The notes under the pieces were generated by a model. That model saw nothing but the letters and a program-made list of their open reading frames with translations, searched no databases and was not told the origin of the DNA. Positions 24,901 to 38,636 of a DNA stretch of 64,000 nucleotides are shown here, piece by piece; position 1 is the stretch's first letter; every line of letters starts with the position of its first letter. The stretch covers positions 11,098,001 through 11,162,000 of the forward strand of contig OX597824.1 of assembly GCA_951406725.2 (NCBI GenBank). The letters run 5' to 3'. Origin of the DNA: Octopus vulgaris (Eukaryota). A program made the translations under genes and the position numbers.

Positions 24901-27900
24901 TATGGTACTCTTAGTGCTGCACTAGCAACGGATGCCAGTCTAAGACATATACTCAATAAAAACATTACTTATATCCCATCAGTGTTATAGATAGGAGCAC
25001 TACACAGTGAGTATTCTATATTAGTATGTTGGGCTCAAATCTTCCCCTGGATCACAGAGATATCATTCATATCACTTGAAGCTTTTTTTAAAATATATTT
25101 TCCTTGAGCCATAGGACTCATAAGGCTGGTTGCTCAGTTCCCATGATGTATAAATGACTGAGATCACAACATCCTCCCTTGATTAGGATGCAGATCTTTT
25201 GCAGGGTGCAAGGCTAGTAATTTTGAAGGAAAGGGACAAATTGATTACATCAACCCCAGTACTTGACTGGTACTATATTTCAATGACCCTGAAAAGAGGA
25301 ATGGCAAAGTTGACCATGGCAGGATTTGAACTCAGAACTTAAAGAGCTGGAAGAAGTATCACTAAGTACTTTGTCTGACATGCTAACAATTCTGCCAGAT
25401 TTCTGACTCAATTGTTGTATCTAAGACATTAAAAATAATATTATGAAGATTCTAATTTAACATCCTGCCAAAGATTTGGTCATTCAGAATATGGGATATA
25501 CAATATTGATTTCTAGCAGTGACACAAGGCCTGAGCTTTTTAGAAAAGACACTCGATGGAAGTGACCCCAGTATATTACTGTCAATCAACTTATGGTTAA
25601 CTTAATCATCACCATCAGAGTAGACAAAAAAACAGAGTGATGCCTTTCGTTTCTGAAAGGCTGTCAATTAAGAAAACTTTTAATAAACCACCCTTAATCA
25701 TACTTCAGGATGAAAAGTTGAAAATATCTTACCAGGTTTACAGAAGGTGTCACAGACAGCTGAACAAAGATAGCAGTATTTACAATACTGAAAGTGAAAA
25801 AAAAAAGCATCATTATTACATCAATTTTCACCATACAACATCACCATTTTAATTCTTTCTACTGGAATTCTTGGGGAGGGGGCTAGTTAATTACTGGTAC
25901 TCAAATTGTATTTACTTTACTGACCCTGAAAGGATGAAAGGCAAAGTCAGCCTCAATTAAATTTGAACTTGGAACATTAATTCTTTTAATACCAACCTTC
26001 TAAAGCCCCTACTTAAATAAAAATTTTGATGAAATTCATAGAAATATTACAAGATTTCAGTTGATCAATACTAGCACTGATATATAAAATTAGAGATTTT
26101 ATTTTAAAAAAATCTTGATTCTGTTGAAAACATAGGCAGTCTATTCATTAGAAATATAAAATCAACAAGAGTTAAGACCATTCTTCATACCAGACTTTGC
26201 AGCAGCTATAGAGTCTCTCCAGACTTCAAAAAGTGAGCAAATTCAACTGATTACACTAGTCTGATTTCATCATCATCATCATCGTCTAATGTCCGCTTTC
26301 CATGCTAGCATGGGTTGGACGGTTCAACTGGGGTCTGAGAAGCCAGGAGGCTGCACCAGGCTCCAGTCTGATCTGGCAGTGTTTCTACAGCTAGATGCCC
26401 TTCCTAACGCCAACCACTCAGTGAGTGTAGTGAGTGCTTTTTACGTGCCACCGGCACAGGGGCCAGAGGAGGCTGGCAAACGGCCACGATCGGTTGGTGT
26501 TTTTACGTGTCACCGACACGGACGCCAGTCAGGCGGTGCTGGCATCTGCTACGTTTGGACGGTGCCAACAATTCTATTTGGATATTTGTTCCAGCTTTAA
26601 GCCACTATTTTGAATGAAAATCAAAATACAACACATTAATTTTATACTTGAGGTAAAATCTGGTGGTACCAATAGAAACTGTTTTACTTACTTTACACAT
26701 TTCGCAATTGGGTTTCTGAGGAGATACTAAACAGGGGCAGTCTTTATCACAGAGGCTGCAGAACTGAAACAGAAATAGAATCGGGATTTTATTTCATTTC
26801 ACATAGCTAAGATAATACAAAAATTCTGTTTTTAAGTTTTTACTTACTCGACGAAACATAGCTTATACAGTAAAGTGATTTACTATCAGCAATACTGAAT
26901 ACAAAGATTTTGATTAAAATGTAGTGAACTGATATAATTCAATATGAAAACAATTTTTGTTTGTCTAGGCACAGAGCCAGTAACAGAAAGTGCAAAATAT
27001 TTCATTGAGAAATTTTTGTGAATGGTCCTCCTAGGCTTACAAATGACATTTGTAGAAGGGAAATTAATGAGGGTGGTGTAAGCAAAGTTATGTTCGCAGT
27101 TAATCCAGTGAGAAATATAAATAATAATGGAATTATTGTATACAGTGCTCAGGTGCACCACAACTTGTCAAAAGTGCGTATAAAGCATATGCAGTAATGT
27201 ACAAATGTCTGGAAAGCGAACAGTGTATGAGTCAGATACATGCTTGCATGTGTATGGAGGGGAGAAAATCAAGTGTAGTGTTGGCAAATCTCAGGAAGCA
27301 TGGAAGTTTTGAAGGATGCAGTGCTCTGACAACTAACAACTGATGCTGGCAGTTTGTTCCATGCTTCAGCAACTCTTAGCGTGAAAAAATGTTTCAGAAA
27401 GTCATGGGAGCTGTGCTGTTTTCTGACTTTGTAAATATGTCCACGGGTTTTAGACAGGTGGAATTTGAAAAGGTGCTCAGAGTTATTGTTTGTAAGATGG
27501 TTTGTAATTTTATGGGTGTCTGCCAAGTCAGCTGCCAGACATCGGTATTCAGATTACTGTTTCAAATATAATGCTTATGATTTCACATTATTTTCAATTA
27601 ATCATGCATTACTTCATAGCTTTCAGATTTTGATGATGAGATTGTTTATTTTCAAAATGACTTTGTAGGGTAGGTATGAAAGGCCAGATATGACAATTTT
27701 GAAGATAAAACAAGTAGAATATTTTGGCTGGATATGGCTGGTTTAAATGCCAAAGGGTTAAAGAGGTGATTCTATTCACTGCAGTCCTTGAAACTATGGC
27801 ACAGGAATTCAGGACTGGCCATTTTGGGAAATGTCTGAATATTTATAACCTTATACTGAAAACAGTCAAAATGTTGCATAAAAAGTTCTCTACTCAGAAG

Positions 27901-30522
27901 AATGACCTAATATTTAAAGGTCAACATGAGAAAAACCAAAGAAACTCAAAACATTCGTGCAACATATGAAGTGGTCATATTTTATGTAAGGACTTTGAAT
28001 ATACCAAACTGCTGTGAGATTTCTATGAAGCTAATAAAAAAAACAAAAAACAGGATTTTAGATGTGATGGGATATACAAGAGTCACTTGTTGGTGCACTT
28101 GTGAATTGAAGTTTATACATTAGTGGATATAGCAAAAGGATGGTATACTAGAGTAAGAAGTGAAAAATCTCTTTTCCTCTATTGGCAACAAAATTTCTCT
28201 TTTCATGCAGAAGATTACATGATTCATTAAAAAAGCATTGATAACATGGAGGTGAGATACAGAAAGCAAGCGTGGAAGATGTATGGAATCTGGGGGGAAA
28301 AAAATGAAGCAACCAGCATGAAAGGTGGAATACGAATGGGCTGATAGAGTGGTTAAGTATTAGATATAAGCTGATGTATACAAGTGAGACAATTATTCTG
28401 ATGATAGACGTGATGTGAATAGGTAATGAATATTCAATAAAAAACGTGCTGTGAGCTCTCCAAAGAGGAGACTAATGCCATCGGAAGACTGAATAAATAG
28501 TGGAATTCAATCTGAGGATGCTGAGTCATAGGTTAGGTGACAAAAATTAGGTCATGTAAGGATATGTTGTATGGTAGGCACATCTATCAATAACTAGATG
28601 ATAAAATGATGAACATTGATTTGATGATTATAAGAATTATCTATACTATAATTGAGAAAGCTGCTTATTATTATTATTATTCTTAGCTATTATCTAGTCC
28701 CAAGTCAGCCCTGAGTGAGCAGGCTATAATCAAAGACATTCCAACTGTGGCCATATTGTCTTTTATGTAGATCTTATTAAACTTTTCAAAGGATCCTTTT
28801 CACAATAGTATGGCATTAAATGAAAGAGAATTGACTGCTGTTTCTAGCAGGCTGAGGGACTAAATAGAGAGTTCTATTAGTTCAAAATTTTGATTCAGCC
28901 TGATAGCTACCTTAAAGCCATACATATCTGTCAACAGTTCAACCTTACATATTAAACATTAATCTAAAGAGTAGATCGTTCAGTTGGTTGAACAACTGAA
29001 AATTCAATGTCAAAACTAACAGATCCATTAAATATGAAAACAATAATATTTGAAAGACAACCCTCACAAACAGATACTGAGAGATATACATCAGAACTTA
29101 AAAATAAACTCTTTGTAGTAATTTTAAGTCAGATCATTGTCATCAAACAACAATACTTAGATTAATAAAGTATCTTCTCACACAGAAATTTTTCATTTTT
29201 CATTTGTTTTAGTTGACTGCTGTCATGCTTGGGCACTGCCTTGAAGAATTTTAGTCAAACAAATTGACTCCAGCACTTGTATTTTTCTGAGGCTGGTACT
29301 TATGCTCTAGGTCTGTTTTGCTGAACTGCTAAGCTATGGGGATGTAAACACACCAGCACCAGTAGTCAAATGGTAGTGGGGGATAAACAGACAAACACAC
29401 ACACAACAGGCTTCTTTCAGTTTCTGTAAATCAAATCCATTCGCAAGGCTTTGATCAGCCCAAGGCTATGGTAGAAGACACTTGCCCAAGGTGCCAGAAC
29501 CATGTGGTTGGCAAGCAAGCTTCTTATTTCTTTATTGCCCACAAGGGGCTAAACGTAGAGGGAACAAACAAGGACAGACAAAGGGATTAAGTTGATTACA
29601 TCGATCCCAGTGCTGTAACTGGTACTTAATTTATCGACCCTGAAAGGATGAAAGGCAAAGTCAACCTCGGCGGAATTTGGACTCAGAACGTAGCGGCAGA
29701 CGGAATACCTATTTCTTTACTACCCACAAGGGGACAAACAAGGACAGATAAACGGATTATGTTGATTATATCGACCCCAGTGCTTAACTGGTACTTAATT
29801 TATCGACCCCAAAAGGATGAAAGGCAAAGTCAACCTTGGTGGAATTTGAACTCAGAACGTAGCGGCAGACGAAATACCAGTAAGCATTTCAACCGGCCTG
29901 CTAATGTTTCTGCCACCTCACTGCCTTACAAGCAAACTTCTTACCACACAGCCAAAACAGCACCTATAATACTCTACAACTTGCTTCAGTTTCAAAGCTG
30001 CAGTCATGCTGGGGCACCACCATGAAATGCTGGTGTTTCTTTCATTTATTAAATAGCATTACAATTAGGATGGAATGAATCTATAAATTACAAATGCTTG
30101 TTTATGAATTATCAGACCAAGTACTTCTAACAGTTTGATCTCTCAGTTTCGTGATACTTATTCAATTGTAAAGTAGCACTGGTTTCCAATTTTATCAGGA
30201 AAGGTGAAACAAATAATACTTCACCCCAAAATATAGAAATACAAGGTTAAACTGCAATTTTTTCCTGTTTTCTTTTCCTTTTGTAGTTTACCCTGTACCT
30301 TCTTGCATTGGTCCAGCCTTATGCAACAACATTCTTTAAAATAATACAACTATAATGCAGGTGCAGGAGCGGTTGTGTGGTAAGTAGCTTGCTTACCAGC
30401 CACATGGTTCCAGGTTCATTCCCACTGCGTGGCACCTTGGGCAAGTGTCTTCTACTATAGCCTCGGGCCGACCAAAGCCTTGTGAGTGGATTTGGTAGAT
30501 GGAAACTGAAAGAAGCCCGTCG

Positions 30523-30577
<55 letters not shown>

Positions 30578-33500
30578 ATGTTTATGAGTCTGTGTTTGTT
30601 CCCTCAACATCGCTTAACAACCGATGCTGGTGTGTTTGTGTCCCTGTAACTTAGCAGTTCGGCAAAAGAGACAGATAGAATAAGTACTTGGCTTACAAAG
30701 AACAAGTCCTGGGGTTGATTTGCTTGTCTAAAGGTGGTGCTCCAGCATGGCCGCAGTCAAATGACTGAAGCAGAGTCTGAAATTTTGGGTGAGTGGTCAA
30801 GTTGATTACATCGACCCTAGTGCTCTGCTGGTACTTATTTCTATCAACCTTGAAGGGATGACAGGCAAAAATCAACCTTGGCAGAATCTGAACTCAGAAT
30901 GGAAAGCAAGAAGAAATGCCACTAAGAATTTTGTCTTGCATGCTAATGAATCTACCAGTTTGCTGTCTGAACGATGGACAGAATTTGTCGAGGCAGATTT
31001 TTCTACAGCTGGATGCCCTTCCTGTTGCTAACCCTCATCTGTTTTCCAAACAAGGCAATACTTTTCCCATAGGAAAATATGTTTTACTTGAAAAACTGGA
31101 AACGAGCAACTTCAACTTGGCAGACAATGATACTCATTTACAACTATTATGTGATATCTAGATAAAGGCACACGAAAACATAAATACACACATATATGAC
31201 AGGCTTCTTTCAGTTTTGGTCTAGTAAATCCACCTTGGTCAACTCAAGGTTATAGTAGAAGTTTATCCAAGGTGCTGTGTAGTGGGACAGAACCCAAGAA
31301 CACATGGTTGAGAAGCAAGCTTTTTAACCACACAGCAGTTTAACCCTTTCATGTTCAGATTACTCTGTTAATTGTAATGCTTTTTCACTCAAATTGTTTT
31401 GAATTAATCCTGCATTATCTCACAGCTTTGAGGTTTCAATGATGTGATTATTTATTTTTAGAATGTCAATGTAGGTTAGGTGTGAGAGGTTGGATATGGC
31501 TAGTTCAAATATAAAACATGTAGAATATTTTGGGCTGGATGTGGCCGGATTAAACACTAAAGGGTTAAACCAACAGCCACTCTGCTTCATGTTCCCTCTT
31601 CTCTGTTAGAAGGCACAAGCACTTACACCCACATGTACACACATGACAGAAACTTCTGCCTAGCAAAATCAATCGCCAAAGGCTATAGCATAAAACACTT
31701 GCCCAAGGTGCCACGTGTCTTAAATTCAATGAAACAGCTTTGACTATCATAATTCTTAAATGTCATCCAGAGAGACCTGCTGTCACAATATTTTATGTAT
31801 GGGATGTTACAAACAAAGTAGAAAAAATATGAGGCCAGATGAAAAAATATGCATGCATGTACATACATACATGTGTGTGTGTACATACATACATTTTCCC
31901 AGCAAGAAAATATCTCTTAAAGTTTCTGTCTTTCTTAAACTTCTTCCAGGAAACCTTGACATAATTTACTTCATTACATTTTCCAAAGCATTTTAATTTA
32001 TTTTAGCATTGTAAAGCTCCATAAAATAAGCTGACAGTTGGAGTTTGGACAGCTCCCGGTTAGCCAACTCATATATATCTTAATTTTCTTCCAAGAATGT
32101 AAATTAATTTACTCTTTTACTTGTTTCAGTCATTTGACTGTGGCCATGCTGGAGCACCGCCTTGAGTCGAGCAAATTGACCCCAGGAATTATTCTTTGTA
32201 AGCCTAGTACTTATTCTATCGGTATCTTTTGCTGAACTTCTAAGTTACAGGGACATAAACATACCAGCATCGGTTGTCAAGCGATGTTGAGGGGACAAAC
32301 ACAGACACACAAACACATAAACACACACACACATATATATACATATACACGACGGGCTTCTTTCAGTTTCCTCTACCAAATCCACTCGCAAGTCTTTGGT
32401 CAGCCCGAGGCTATAGTAGAAGACACTTGCCCAAGGTGCCATGCAGTGGGACTGAACCTGGAACCATGTGGTTCGTAATCAAGTTACTTACCACACAGCC
32501 ACTCCTATGCCTAGTGAAATTTAGTGAAATTAATTTTTAAAAATTATTTCCTCTTTCTGCAAGCTGCTAAGAATTATCTTATGTTTCAGTTATTGGAATG
32601 TGGCCAAGCTGGGGCAACACTTTGAAGGGTTTTAGTTGAACAAATCAACCCCAGTACTTATATTTTAAAGCCTGGTACTTAATCTATTAGTCACTGTTGT
32701 CAAACTGATAAGTTATGGGGACATCAACAAACCAACAATGGTTGTGTATGCATGTATATATCCAATGGGTGTCTTTCAGGTTCTGTCTACTACATCCACT
32801 CAGGTGGCTTGGGTTGATAGAAGATACTTGCCAAAAGTGCCATGCAGTGGGACTGAACCTGAAATCATGTGGTTGGGAAGCAAGCTTCTTATCACACAAC
32901 CATGCCCACTTGTTTATTTATTTATATTTTACTCAATTAAGAGGAAGATTTGAATTGAGAAGGATCTTTAGCATGCACCATTCAGTATATCAGTCCATAA
33001 CTTATTTACTTAAAATCAAGCCAATGGTCCACTTGAGTGATTTCCCTTGGTTAATAATATTTTGAATTATATACACACACCTCCACACTGAAAGGATAGA
33101 TTTATAAAAGACTTCAGTTCAATCCTGTATCAAGTTAGTTTCAGCAGTATATATATTTATTAGAACTGATAACAAAATCATAGTTTGATTTCATGAGAGA
33201 CAACCTACTAAGTGATTATTAGACTTTTTCCATGCAGGAAAAGTTTAAAACTTCTTAAGGGAGTCAATATAGGTTCTTTCTGATCATGGACATAGATAAC
33301 ATTGACCAATTACTGCAGCAGCGACAGGAAATTCTGCACAAAGTTATTGTAATATTTCCAATGACATCTCAATTGTTTTTAATTGGTTTTTTTTTCGTAA
33401 GCCAGTCAAACACACACTTGAAACTTGACCACCTTGCTGTATCAAATCCACAAGCTGCCTACTTGTTGTTTAACTAGCTAGAAAATAGCAGCCACTAAAA

Positions 33501-36500
33501 CCATACCCTACCATTTCAGACAAGTCTGGTTCCACTTAAAAAGCACCTGTGCTGGTGCTGCATTAATGCACCCGTGTCAGTGCAGCATAAATGCAGTCAT
33601 ACTGGTGACACATAGAAAACACCTATCATACTCTGTTAAGTGGTTGGTTCTAGAAAGGGCATCCAGCCGTAGAAACCTTGCCACACAACAGATAGTTGGA
33701 GTCAGGACAGCTCCCTGCTAACCACCTCCATGTCAAACCATCCGACCCATGGAAAGCAGACATTAAGCGATGATGATGATGATGAGACGTGATGGCGAAT
33801 ATGGTCCTGGGTTTGTGTGAAGGGAAAAGAGGGGATGGTCATATCTGGAATACCTTTGATCACAAATCTACTTGATCAGGGCTAACCTAATATTAACCCT
33901 TTAGGATTCAGATTATTCTGTCGAATGCAATGTTTATTTATTCAAATTGTTTTGAATTAATCATGTGTTATCTCGGAGCTTGGAGATTTTAAGGCTGTGT
34001 GGTTAGGGAGCTTGCTTCCTAGCTATATGGTTTCGGGTTCAGACCCACTGCGTGGCACTTTGGGCAGGTGTCGTCTGCTATAGCCCCGAGCCGACCGAAG
34101 CTTTGTGATTGAATTCGGCAGGCGGAAGTTACTGCCATGTGCGTGTAGGTGCTTGTACCTCTCCGAAAGAGAGAGAGGATTGTTTATTTTAGGATGACAT
34201 TGTAGCATAGGTGTGAGAGGCCAGATCTTGTTACTTTTGACATAAAATAGGTAATATATTTGGGCTGGATATGGCTGGTTTAAATGCTAAAGGGTTAAAC
34301 AAGAACTTACCACTTAGTTTCTCAAATATAGCTGGGGATAAAATATTAGATCTCAAGAGGGTGTACGGGTAGATTTCAACCACTAAATGACTGTGTACCT
34401 TATGTTTCCAGACCTCTGAATGAGGATAGCTCATATAAAGGAGTGGTTTACTTATTAAACATTCACTGCTGCCCACCACTATAGAAGTTATGTATTTTCT
34501 CTCCAAGACCTACTCTGATTACACAAAACCACTACAGCAAACAAGCAGGCATTTTGACACTCATAACTGGTAAATACTTATTTCTTTACTACCCACAAGG
34601 GGCTAAACACAGAGAGGACAAACAAGGACAGACAAACGGATTAAGTCGATTATATTGACCCCAGTGCGTAACTGGTACTTAATTTATCGACCCCCGAAAG
34701 GATGAAAGGCAAAGTCAACCTCGGCGGAATTTGAACTCAGAACGAAACGGCAGACGAAATACCGCTTAGCATTTCGCCCGGCGTGCTAACGTTTCTGCCA
34801 GCAAGCCACCTTATAACTGGTAAATACTGAAGGACCAAACCTAGAAGCTGCAGATCTATTATATTGATATTTGTCTAGACTGACCCCAACCTCAATCATC
34901 TCTCCTCCAGCAATTGTAGAACACTTCAACCTTTAACCTACTTCTCCCAAATTTACCACTGCCAGTTTTTTTTTGGTCCTTTTTTTTTATTATTATTATA
35001 TCAATTTCAATCAATGAGATTGAAAGGCTGTTGGCTTTGGCACCCAGACATTTGTAATCTATTAAACAAAGAAGCATTGTTTTGAATTTGATCCAGAACA
35101 CGTATGATTCAGGAAAGTGTATATAAGAAACAGAAAAATTCAGTTGTTAAAAAGAAGCACATTTCTTTTACATCGACCACCAAACACATACAGGAGTACC
35201 GATGTAAAAATATAAATACTTATTGAGATCAAATAAGTTTAGAATGTTTGCTCCCTAAATTTTTCTAACAAATCTTACCAACTATCTTCATGTAGTCGTC
35301 TATCATTCTCTCTCTCTTCTATTATGTCTTCCTCTTATCTATATCTCTCTTGTTCTAATTCTCTTTCGTCACTCACTATATTTCTGCCAAGAATGAGATA
35401 TCATAGAGTAACCTTACTATGGGCAAGGTAACCCCTCTAGTGCTGGAGTCACAATAAAATGTCTTGTCTACATTTTGTAAAGTGACTGGCAATAGGAAGA
35501 GTATCCAGCCATATTACACTATGCCAAAAATAGAATATACAAGTGAGATGTCTTTGACGCGTCTAAGGGAGCAGTAATTCTAAATAAGAAGTGACGTAGA
35601 CAGTGAGGATTGTTGTGAACATCTCTATGCCAACATAGAAAAAGACCACAAAGATGGCACTATGTTCTCTCTCTCTCTCTCACACACACGGATAGAGATT
35701 AATAGTGATACCATTGAGAACTTAGAATTAAACTGCTGGAGTAAGAAAAAGTTCTTTCTTATTAGAGAAGTGTAACACACACACACAGATATTAGTAAAT
35801 ATGCATGGAATTGAAATAATTCGAGTTAATTCTACAGTTAAAATACTTCTTCAAAAACCCAAAATGTTAGTAAAAAAAAAAAAAACAACACAGATCTACA
35901 TTAAACTTTCTAATTAGAGATGATACAGTGTCATGGATTACACAAAAGTTGTTACCAAAACATATATTTTGATAAACTTTTCATGTTTTAAATTAATTTT
36001 GTTTTCATCTTTTAGTCAAGGAGAAAGGTATTCTAGCCTGTGTTTTGGAAACAACTGGATTCCACTAAAGATATCCAACATGCCAAGTGATGGTGAACTA
36101 CTCTACATCAATCATCATCATCATCATTGTTTAACGTCCGTTTTACGTGCTAGCACGGGTTGGATGGTTCGACCGGGGTCTGGGAAGCAAGAAGGCTGCA
36201 CCAGGCTCCAGTCTGATCTGGCAGTGTTTCTACAGCTGGATGCCCTTCCTAACACCAACCACTCCGTGAGTGTAGTGGGTGCTTTTTATGTGCCACCGGC
36301 ACAGGTGCCAGGGGAGGCTGGCAATGGCCATGATCAGTTGGTGCTTTTTACATGCCACCTGCACAGAAGCCAGTCAAGGCGGTGCTGGCAGCGTCCACGA
36401 TCGGTTGGTGCTTTTTACATGCCGTCGGCACAGGGATCACAACTACAATTTCCATTTGATATTTTTTTTTATGTTGATCAAATTACTTCCAGTTTATTAT

Positions 36501-38018
36501 CTGTCAGTAATTTTGACGATATTGACAACTTTGGCAATATTTTGATGACAAAAATTAAAAACCCATTAATATGGTACCCCAATACAAACATGTTTTATAA
36601 AGCAAAACTGCCAAAATAATAATCCTTTCTACTATAGGCACAAGGCCTGAAATTTTTGGAAGGTGGGGGCTAGTCGATTACAGGTACTTGTTTTATTGAC
36701 CTCAAAGGAATGAAAGGAAAAGTCAGCCGTGGTGTAATTTGAACTCAGAATGTAAAGACGACAGATGAAATGCCACGAAGCATTTTGCCTGGTGTGCCAA
36801 CGATTCTACCAGCTTACTGCCTTACTGACCCAAATAATAATAATCTTCCAATTTCAGAAACTACTTTCATTGGTTTTTTAATTAAAAAAAAAAAAAAAAA
36901 AACTGATTTCAGTAATCCCTGTAATTAGCTTTATCTTTCTTAATTGTAAATTCACACCATGGTGTTAACACACATAATGCAAGGACCATTAAAAAGGTAA
37001 CTTGAAATAATTATGCATGGAGGAAAACAACACCCAAACAACATTAGTCAGCGACTAATATTATTTTAGGTAAATTGGGAAAAATGTGAGTCAACTCTGG
37101 ACATGTCCTAATCTTATTATGACCTCATTAGCATGACACAGATTTCAGTGTGCATGCTAAAAAAAATGGTGCAAGTATTAGTAAATAAATGTATAAGTTT
37201 GTACACCAAGTGATATAGAAAAAGCTGTTTGTTTAGCATTATATTTGTTTTCTTTTTAACTTTTTTTTTGAGATGAGAAATCAATAAAGTACATGAATTC
37301 CACACCTATAAATTGAAAGCCTTGTCTCTAATCTATCTGTATTATCATTATATTTTGGAAAGAAGTAATCATTAAAAAGTGAGAATATTCTCTCTATGTC
37401 TTGCTGTTAAAGAAATCTAGTTGTCAATGATGTAGCATTTTATTCTTTTACTTGTTTCAGTCATTTGACTGTGGCCATGCTGGAGCACCGCCTTTAGTCA
37501 AATCAAATCAACCCCAGGACTTGTTCTTTGTAAGCCTAGTACTTATTCTATCAGTCTCTTTTGTCAAACCACTAAGTTATATATATATATATATATGTAT
37601 ACATGATGGGCTTCTTTCAGTTTCTGTCTACCAAATCCACTCACAAGGCTTTGGTCGGCCCGAGGCTATAGAAGAAGACACTTGCACAAGGTGCCATGCA
37701 GTGGGACTGAACCTGGAACCATGTTGTTCATAAGCAAGCTACTTACCACACAGCCACTCCTATATATATATGTGTGTGTGTGTGTATGAGTTGTCTAAGA
37801 GACCATAAGTCAGGGAAAAGATGGAAACATAGTAGAATGGGTATATTATCCAAAATGTATAGTATTAAATATCCTCCATGGCTGGTCTTACCAATTGCTT
37901 TCGTGTAAAGAACACAAAGGAATCAGTCTGTTACCTAACACTCCATTGTATTCTTTATGCAAAACCGATTGGTAGGACCAGCCACGTGATGGATATTTAA
38001 TACTATACATTTCAGATA

Positions 38019-38082
<64 letters not shown>

Positions 38083-38586
38083 TCATCATCGTTTAACGTC
38101 CGTTTTCCGTGCTAGCACGGGTTGGACGGTTCCACCGGGGTCTGGGAAGCCAGGGGCTGCACCAGGCTCCAGTCTGATCTGGCAGTGTTTCTACAGCTGG
38201 ATGCCCTTCCTAATGCCAACCACTCCGCGAGTGTAGTATATATATATATATATATATACACACACTTGTGCCATGCATCACCAAATTTGTATGGCAATAT
38301 CTGAACTTAAAAGACATGCTAGTTCGCAAAAAGATTCCTTCAGAATCAGATTCCAATGGGCAAAGATATAGAAAAAACTTGAATAATATCTGTTACTTGT
38401 GTTTTAAACCCAGTCAGTCAGCAGCTGGTCTTAAAAGTCATCTAAGGACTCATCAACGGAGTAATTGTGGTTTGTGTGTTGATGGGATGGCTATCATCTG
38501 TCAAGATGAAGCATCATCATATATATACATATATAGTCCAACCCATGCCAGCATGGAAGGCAGATGCTAAATGATGACGATGATGA

Positions 38587-38636
<50 letters not shown>

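Noticed and set aside
34231-34506. 91-aa minus-strand ORF with a gtaagt donor in intron 1, possible cassette exon
   Set aside because: No recognisable motif, and it would interrupt the regular CxxC run across exons 1-2.
35933-36619. 228-aa ORF
   Set aside because: Runs through a family E repeat and AT-rich flank; same peptide recurs at 26289 and 38122.
38355-38460. C2H2 zinc-finger gene
   Set aside because: Single finger without linker or splice sites, followed by a repeat tail; fits an RTE ORF2 end.
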